Assembly: GCA_951406725.2 (NCBI GenBank)
Contig: OX597823.1
Coordinates: 35,836,001 to 35,900,000, forward strand
DNA from: Octopus vulgaris
Taxonomy: Eukaryota
Reading direction: 5' to 3'
DNA length: 64,000 nucleotides
Shown here: positions 56,113-64,000 of the stretch, in pieces
Layout of the letters: each line of letters begins with the position of its first letter
How positions within the stretch are numbered: position 1 is the stretch's first letter
The notes under the pieces: model-generated
What the model was told of the DNA's origin: nothing
The model's input: the letters and a program-made list of their open reading frames with translations, nothing else
Database searches by the model: none
Made by a program: the position numbers and the translations under genes

Positions 56113-56431
56113 TGGAAGACCGAGATGAATGAGGAAAGCGTGTGGAAACAGTCTTGGGGTGTCCAATGGGATGACCTAGATTTTATATATATATATCAAT
56201 AAAATCAAAACCCCTTGTCCAATTTTCTTAAAATTAATATCGAATATGTCGAATTATGTATCCCCATGCTTCGTGTGCTTTTCGTCTAAATCGGTGTATA
56301 TTTAAAGTGGAAATGAAGAAAAACACGTTTAAATAGTGTTTCTTTTTATTATTCAAGTTAACAAGATACTGCTTTCCCCATGTGATATGTGATTTTGAAA
56401 TGTTTTTTCATTAATTACAGGAAATATAGAA

Positions 56432-56750
56432 ATGGGTCAAAGTAAATCTATAACATCAAAGGAGAAGAAAGAAATAGTGAATCTACTGGGAGAAGGGGAT
56501 ACAACAATTTTAATTTCTAGAAAGCTAAATAGTAATCACAGAACAATAAAAAAAAAACAGGTACAAAACAGTGAGAGATTAAGAATAAAGAAGAAAACTG
56601 TTTTCAAGAACATCATAAATAGAAATAAGAGAAACACAAAAGAATTATATGCTGGAAATTTGGGTTAAACAGCAAACAAATCTTTGAAGAAGCAGGAATC
56701 TCTAACATACAAAGGAAAAAACGTTGCACAATACTAAAAGAAATATGTTA
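56432..56750 (+). mobile_element. Tc1-family transposase N-terminal HTH remnant
   Basis: MGQSKSITSKEKKEIVNLLGEGDTTILISRKLNSNHRTIKK. Confidence 0.65.
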
Positions 56751-57084
56751 TTGTTTATTTCACATTTTTATATGCGTTGTGTGAACGATAATATTTTGAA
56801 AACAAGTATTTAATTTCATATATATATTTAATTGTGTGTGCACGCATGTGTAAGAGAGAGAGGGGGAAGAGAGAGAGGGTGTGTGTGTGTGTGTGAGTGA
56901 GTGAGTGTGTGTGTGTGTGTGTGTGTTAGAGAGAGAGAGAGATAGTGATAAAGTGAATGGAATTTACGATAAAAATTCAGTGTTTATCAACGTCTCTCTC
57001 CCTGCCACCCACTCTCACTTCGTCTGTTGTTTTACTCTTCTTTCCCTACAACATGACCGACAGGGAACACTTTGCGTTTTATTA

Positions 57085-57190
57085 TAGTATGGTCCAAATG
57101 TACAGAAAACAAGACGGGTGAGGGGACCAACAAGCAGATGTATTATTTTGACGCTCGGGAAAAATGGTAAAGTCTTTAACGTTTCGATCC
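57085..57190 (-). mobile_element. Short Neptune-type terminal fragment
   Basis: Minus strand tcgaaacgtta...ttcccgagcgtc..aataatac...tttgga parallels 53630-53730. Confidence 0.55.
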
Positions 57191-57504
57191 TTCATTTCTA
57201 GCCATTTTATACACTAACCACTCGTGATGGAAACAATTACTGTACATTGTGTAGCCAAACGAAGAACTGCCTTTATTTCAACAACTGCTGGTGTAAATAT
57301 TCAATGGAACATTTAGATATTCTACAATGTCACTTGTAGCAAATATTCTTTATTTTCTAAAATTCCTCTCTATGTTCCATCGGATTAGGTGTACACTATC
57401 TTAGACAGACAAACAGACAGACAGTCATACACACAGACGGACGGATTGACGGACGGACAGACGGGCGGACGGATGGAAGGATGGATAGACAGATAGATTT
57501 CTTT

Positions 57505-57743
57505 ATTAGCCGAACACAGAGGGGACAATACAATGTAGAACTTTTCTTTTCGAAAGAAAGAAAGAAGAAAAGAAAAAAAGAAAAATGTTTCCGATCAAAA
57601 GGGATCGCAAGCGTTTGTGACGTGTAAACAGTAAAATAATGGGGAGTAAAAATGTAAAACAGATAAGGTTTATCCATAGAAAGAAAAGCCTACGAAAAAG
57701 GCCACGATAACCTCTGGCAGGGAAAGAAACACATGAGAGCAAA

Positions 57744-57786
<43 letters not shown>

Positions 57787-58795
57787 TTTATAGGATCATG
57801 TTCGAAGTGGTTTCGTCATTCACGCATACCATCTTTGCTACATTCACCCACCTTTTATTGAAATTTTCATGAGACAAAACTTGCCTCTCTATTCTCACCT
57901 TCCTTTTCAAGTGATACTTGAAAAAGTTAATGAGCAATTGGCCAGAGAGGAAAGTGTTTCTCTCGAAACCTTTCGCACGAGTCCACCACACATATTCTTT
58001 CACCATAGCCACCAGTACAATGAAAACTGCCTTGCCATCCCGGTTAAAGGAAGGTGGCGGGGCAATATTCACGATAGACTCGGTCGATAACCGAATTCGT
58101 CATACATGTGACAGCAGCGTTCGACATAAACCCGAAAGTCTGAAATGGTTGGACACTGCACGAGTGTGTGCAGAACAGTTTCGTCGCTCTGGCCGCATCT
58201 TGAGCAAGTCGGTCCGGTCTATCTCGAGCTTATCTGTAGAGCTTATCCCGAACGAGCAATGCTTCCCGATAGCGCTGCCAGACCAGGGATCTCTGGTGAC
58301 TGCCCATAGGTCCCGGCCGAAAGTTGTCAGGAGTTCCCCGTCGACGCCCAGATTCTCCCCAAGTACATCGTCGCACTTCCCCTCCACTAATACTCTATAG
58401 AACGCCTTCGTGGAATTGAAGTAGCACAAGTTTGGTCCTGGATGGCAGAGTTGCTTGAGAGCAAGACGGCATTCGCAGTGCCACTCGCCTAGCCGCGGTC
58501 TCTGTTTTATCCTTGACAGCAGTTCGGCCAAGGAGACGAGCTGCAGGAAAGTGCGTCTCACAAACGGCGACCACACTTGTTCACCGTTGTCTGTGAAGTG
58601 GCAGAGGTGTTGCAGTCTTAGCGCATGTCTCCGCATCATCAACCACGACATGCCCAGTTGCGGGTGTTGACAGCAAATGGATCGCCTAACCATCGGAACG
58701 CTTCCCTTCCACAAAAAGCGGAAGAGTATGCGTTCCAGTTTGGTGATGGTAAGGTCGGGACAAGGCACGGCGATCAAACGGTGATAGATGATGAC
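57505..58795 (-). mobile_element. L1/Tx1-like LINE, 3' portion
   Basis: VPCPD...LERILFRFLWKGSVPMVRRSICCQ homologous to 10419-10733; C-terminal peptide 57788-58072; 3' UTR with (GA)n. Confidence 0.88.
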
Positions 58796-58863
58796 CATAT
58801 GGCGTAGTGGTTAAGAGCGCGGGCTACTAACCCCAAGATGCCGAGTTCAGTTCCAGGTAGTGA

Positions 58864-58951
<88 letters not shown>

Positions 58952-59125
58952 AAGAAGAAGAAGAAGAAGAAGAAGAAGAAGAAGAAGAATAACATCAAAA
59001 AATATCTTAAGAATGAGAACCCAGGTTCGAAATTTCCCCAAGACACCTGATGAAGGCTGGAGGGTATATCAGCCGAAACGTTGTGTTAACAACAAACAAG
59101 TCAAATGTAAATAATGTAAATAATA
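58796..59125 (+). mobile_element. tRNA-headed SINE with internal (AAT)n(AAG)n and a hammerhead (family E)
   Basis: A box TGGCGTAGTGG 58800-58810, CT-ACT-AA anticodon-like loop, B box GTTCAGTTCC 58845-58854, microsatellite 58868-58987, HHR 59042-59087, (aatgtaaat)2 tail. Confidence 0.85.
59042..59087 (+). ncRNA. Minimal type I hammerhead ribozyme, core intact
   Basis: GACAC-CTGATGA-a-GGCTG(gagggtatat)CAGCC-GAAA-CGT-T-GTGTT: stems I and II pair, stem III is the palindrome ACGT, GUU triplet. Confidence 0.85.
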
Positions 59126-59170
59126 TCTCCACAGTCCTTCATGGAGAATTCTGAAATATCCTCTGTTGTG

Positions 59171-59200
<30 letters not shown>

Positions 59201-59201
<1 letters not shown>

Positions 59202-60619
59202 ACAAAGTGAAATTGTAAGGAACTGCACGAGTGGAAATATATATGAAAGAACGTTTGAAAATGCAATTTTAAAGATGTTTATTCACTTGACCGGTTTCAC
59301 TTTTTAAGAAAAAGATTGTCAAAAGTAAAATGTAAAGCTTTGTAAAAGCTTTGTTGTGTTAAGTTCTGGTTATCACAAAATATTACAATACATATATACA
59401 TTCTTTGATAATAATAAGAAAATGTTAAAAACAGTTTACAAGGAAATACACACACGCGAACAAACACATATACACACACACATGCGCACACACAGCACCA
59501 TGACAAATACCAATCACACACATATAAACACACACAACACCAGGACAATCATAACAACACAAACAAACTCAGACACACACACACACACACACACTCATGT
59601 ACACACACACTCACCTACACACACATAACATCCCCACCAACACGAAAAACACAAGCATACACACGCACCCACAGATGCACACATACACACGCACCCACAG
59701 ATGCACACATACACACGCACCCACAGATGCACACATACACACGCACCCACAGATGCACACATACACACACACGAACAAGCACATACACACACTTGCGCAC
59801 GCACAACACCCTAACAAATAATAATCACACACATACACACACAAACGTGTACACATGCACACACACCATCCTACCAAATATAAAACACACAGATACATTT
59901 ACATACACCCCAATAAACTCTGGGACCAATCAAAAACGGCCCACACACACAAACACAAACACATGTATACACACACACTCACACCATTCTGACCTCTGAG
60001 ACCGGTCCCAAAATCCACTGAACCATGAAAGACTAGCCATGAAAGACCAACCATGAAAGAGAAACAAAAGAATCCTTTCAATTCCACATTGCTCTTCCTT
60101 CTCCCCACTCAAACCAACCTCCCACACTGTCCCTTAAAATAGTAAACAACCTTTAGCTTCACACAAAATGAAAAAATGCTATAACAGGTCAGTTCATCTC
60201 AAATTCTTTGTAAACTCCTAAATATATCTCCTTCTGTGTATATATGTACAACCAAATATGACTTTTTTTAACTAATACTTTTCTGTGCATATATTTAGAT
60301 ACTTCCAAACAAACATGATTTTTCAATGAAATCCTAATATTTTTATTGAAATTTTTGTTTAATATTTTCTCAAGATATTTCCATGTGAACTGTTTTTAAC
60401 ATTTTCTTATTATTATCAAAGAATGTATATATGTATTGTAATATTTTGTGACAACCAGTACATAACACAACAAAGCTTTTACAAAGCTTTACATTTTACT
60501 TTTGACAATCTTTCTCAAAAAGTGAAACGGGTCAAGTAAATAAACATCTTTAAAATTGCATTTTCAAACCTTCTTTCATATATATTTCCACTCGTGCGGT
60601 ACCTTACAATTCCACTTTG

Positions 60620-60621
<2 letters not shown>
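59201..60621. mobile_element. Non-coding element with ~247-bp terminal inverted repeats in (TA)n, probably a Penelope-type inverted pLTR arrangement
   Basis: 59201-59448 is the reverse complement of 60376-60621; CA-rich interior; each arm has an outward-reading HHR-like motif. Confidence 0.75.
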
Positions 60622-60677
<56 letters not shown>

Positions 60678-61036
60678 GAGATATTTGTCATGAAACGACA
60701 CCTCTATTTCCCTACAAATCTAATAAATTTAGGAATAAAGCATGGTTAAAGACATCCGGCATTCGATGTTCCCTACAGGTAAAACAGGAATATCAAAAAA
60801 ACACTAGTAGAAGGAAGAAACATGGTACTGGATGGAGTAGGGGACGTGTGAGATACAGAAACATCAATTAATTTTGTCAACCCCTGTTTTTCTTCATTTT
60901 CTCTTCGATTTCTTTCTCTTTCTTCAGCTCTTTCTTTTTTGTGTTCTTCTTTCACTTAACGCACAAACACACACACATATATATATATATGCACATACAC
61001 ATATTCACACACATACACATGCACACACACACACAT

Positions 61037-61076
<40 letters not shown>

Positions 61077-61429
61077 TCACACTCATATACATGCTTTCGG
61101 GCTTTCTCAGTCATCTTGCACTTTTTAATTTGTTTGTGTTTATAAATCATACAGTTATTTCGCTCAATAAACCTGATTGTTAATTTCGACGTCAAGATGT
61201 AAACTCTATATCTACTTTTTGTGTCAGATATCACTTTGCACTTACAATGAAACGAAGAAAAACAAATGAAGATAGTTTTTTTTTTTTTCTTAGTCACGAA
61301 ATTTCTCGTAATAAATAAACATAGCATCGAAGGCGTCACGCATCTTACAATTCTTAAAAAGTATTCAACCTATCTATATTAAAATAAGAAATATATTCAC
61401 CTATATATATTGTCACGCAAAATATATTC

Positions 61430-63455
61430 ATGAAAACTAATGGAAGCTATCAAACGCTTGTCTCTTCCTGTTTCCTGAAAACAGCTCAGGAATTTTATCG
61501 GTTTAATTAATTATTATCGTGGCATCATTCTTAACTGCAGAGAAGATGCTTCCCTTGACCCAGCTTTTGAAACATCAATGCAAGAAAGACACCCCGATAA
61601 CGCTGTCTCCTGCAGCCATCCAAGCTCTTAAATCTGTCAAAGCTGAGCTTGCTCAAGCCTTTTTCGTTGCTCATCCTGTTGCTGATGCAAAATTGTCTTT
61701 TACTGTAGACGCATCTGCTCCCACCATTGGCGTAGGTTTAGAGCAATCTGCCAACAGCCGAACCCAGCCACTGGCTTTCTTTTCTCGCCAGTTGAAAGCT
61801 ACTGCTGAATTGAGGTACAGTGTGTTTGGTAAGGAACTCTTAGCGATTTATCTTGCGGTGAAGTATTTCTCTCACCTTCTCGAAGGCAGAGATTTCACGA
61901 TTTTCACCGGCCACAAACCGCTAACGTTCGCTCTTTTTGCCAAAACGGACAGGTACTCGCCCAGAGAAACAAGGCACTTGGACTACATATCACAGTTCGC
62001 TAGTGACATTTGCCACATTGCTGGCACTAACATCCCCACCGGCACTATATCTCGCCTGCTTGTTGGTCCATTGTCGTCCTCTGCTTCGATTGATTTGGTT
62101 ACTATGGCTACTGACCAACCCTCCCTGGACTCTCTGCACGTCTCTTCACCATAGTTTTCCTCCTGCAAGTTTGAACACCAGCCGCTACCTTTTTCTAAAG
62201 GAACCATTCTTTTCGATGTTTCTACCGGGTCACCCGACCCTTCGTTCCTGAACATCACAGTCGTTTTTGAAGCACTGCATTCACTATCACACCACGGCAT
62301 TGCGGCCACAGTAAAGCTTATCTCGGTCCGCTTTTTCTGGGCAAATATGCGTCGGTCTATTACTGCTTGGTCATGTGCCTGTCTACCATGTCAGTGTTCC
62401 AAGGTGCATCGTCACGTGCGAGTACCCCTTGGGCACTTTCAGAAACCAGACACCAGGTTCCATCACATACACATCGACCTGGTTGGTCTTTCGTCGGTCA
62501 GTTGCGGATTTACTTATATACTGACCTGCATCGACCGATTTTCCAGATGGCCTGAAGCCATCCCCCTTGTGGACATTTCCGTGGAATCGGTCGCCAGAGC
62601 CCTCGTCTCCAAGTGGATAACTCGCTTCAGAGTACCCTTCGGAATTACCACCAACCGTGGACGCCAATTTGAAGCTTATCTGTTTCGTGAGCTTTCGAGA
62701 TTGCTCGGAATTCAGTACATCCACACCACAAGTTACCATCCCACCTCGAACGGGATGGCGGAACGGTTCCATCGCCAGCTTAAAGCCGCTATCCGTGCTG
62801 CTCCGGATCCTTATCGTTGGTCCGAGTTTCTCCCCATTGTTCAGCTGGGGTGCCGTTCATCTCTTAAGGAGGATTTAGGATACTCCTCCGTTGAACTCTT
62901 GTATGGCACCACCTTGGCACTTCCTGGCTAAATGTTGGCGCCCGTCGACTTACCGAATGCAGATCCGGCATCTTATGTCACGAGACTCAGGTCATTCTTT
63001 GCTGACCTGCTACCAATGCTTCTTCGCGACCAGTCTGTTTCTTCTACAGTACCTCCTGATATTTCTACTTGGACTCACGTATTTGTAAGAAATGATGCCA
63101 TCAAGGGACCGCTCACACCTACCTACTCTGGTCCCTATCGTGTTCTTAGGAGTACACCGAAACTATTCACTGTGGACATTCACGGAAAAAGGAGACTGTC
63201 TCTATCAACAGAGTCTAAGAAAAGCCTTTTCCGAAACATTTATGCCACTTGCTGACACACCTATCATTCCACAAACACTACCACCCCTCTCCCACAAGCA
63301 CCACTTCCACTCACGAAAATACCAACTACACAAACGCATTCTACATCCCTACAGAACACGTTCTGGCAGATTAGTTCATTGGCCAAAGAAATTGTCTCAG
63401 ACTATTTACATTTCTGAACTTTGCCTTGCCAGTGACTGTTCCGGAGAAGAGACTT
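61430..63455 (+). mobile_element. Ty3/Gypsy pol remnant (RT end, RNase H, integrase)
   Basis: [80 protein letters not shown]; stops and frameshifts; purine tract before TG near 63450. Confidence 0.95.
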
Positions 63456-63533
63456 GTTTGTTATAGACACCGTACTCATATTTCTACTCTTTCTGTATCA
63501 TTGTGCATTTTCACACGTTTACTTACAAAGAAA

Positions 63534-63605
<72 letters not shown>

Positions 63606-64000
63606 ATACGCAGCATACACACATTTTTCAACAAGATATTTGTTCTGTTTGATTGGACACCTTTCTTTGCTGAACGTTTCTTTCTTTTTACATATTTGCA
63701 TTGTATTTTTCAATTGTTCTTCCATAGTTCAGATTCTGTGTATCACACATTTTGTTCTCTACTAGAACAGACATTTTTTCTGCATGTGTCCTCCAAGTTT
63801 GTACACTTGCATTGTTCATATAACTGTTTTGCCATATTTCATTCTTCTCTGTCCTTCTATCGTACACGTACATTTCGCCTACCTTCCTTTTGTTCGACTG
63901 TTTGCGGTCTAAAGGTGGGGGCTGTAGGCGCAGTTACCTTCCCTGGCGGTAGCTGCCTAAATAGCTCGCCACTTGGAGGCACAACATGTAACTTTGAGGT

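Noticed and set aside
58796-58866. Functional tRNA-Ser gene
   Set aside because: No proper acceptor stem or long variable arm, T-loop altered, runs into a SINE body.

Overview
AT-rich, repeat-saturated eukaryotic DNA. The SINE/LINE repertoire and microsatellite density suggest a cephalopod, probably Octopus; this is inference from pattern recognition, not a database result. No host gene can be called with confidence, and most long ORFs in the track are microsatellite artefacts. The window is a mosaic of: tRNA-derived SINEs; R4/Dong-like, HERO-like, L1/Tx1-like, RTE-like and CR1-group LINE remnants; Penelope-like elements (one uninterrupted Neptune-type RT+GIY-YIG frame, 48985-50736); Tc1/mariner, maT and hATm DNA transposons; a Gypsy pol remnant; and a ~122-bp satellite array. 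The strongest signal is a set of hammerhead-ribozyme (HHR) motifs in unexpected contexts. (1) A ~710-bp internally deleted HERO-like element has ~140-bp direct terminal repeats, each carrying the HHR core strands in permuted order (44801-45513). (2) A tRNA-headed, microsatellite-containing SINE has an intact minimal HHR near its 3' end (58796-59125). (3) Inverted Penelope-type termini carry a compensated U3-A8 core variant (59201-60621). Boundaries of degraded elements are approximate, and family names come from motif recognition by eye.
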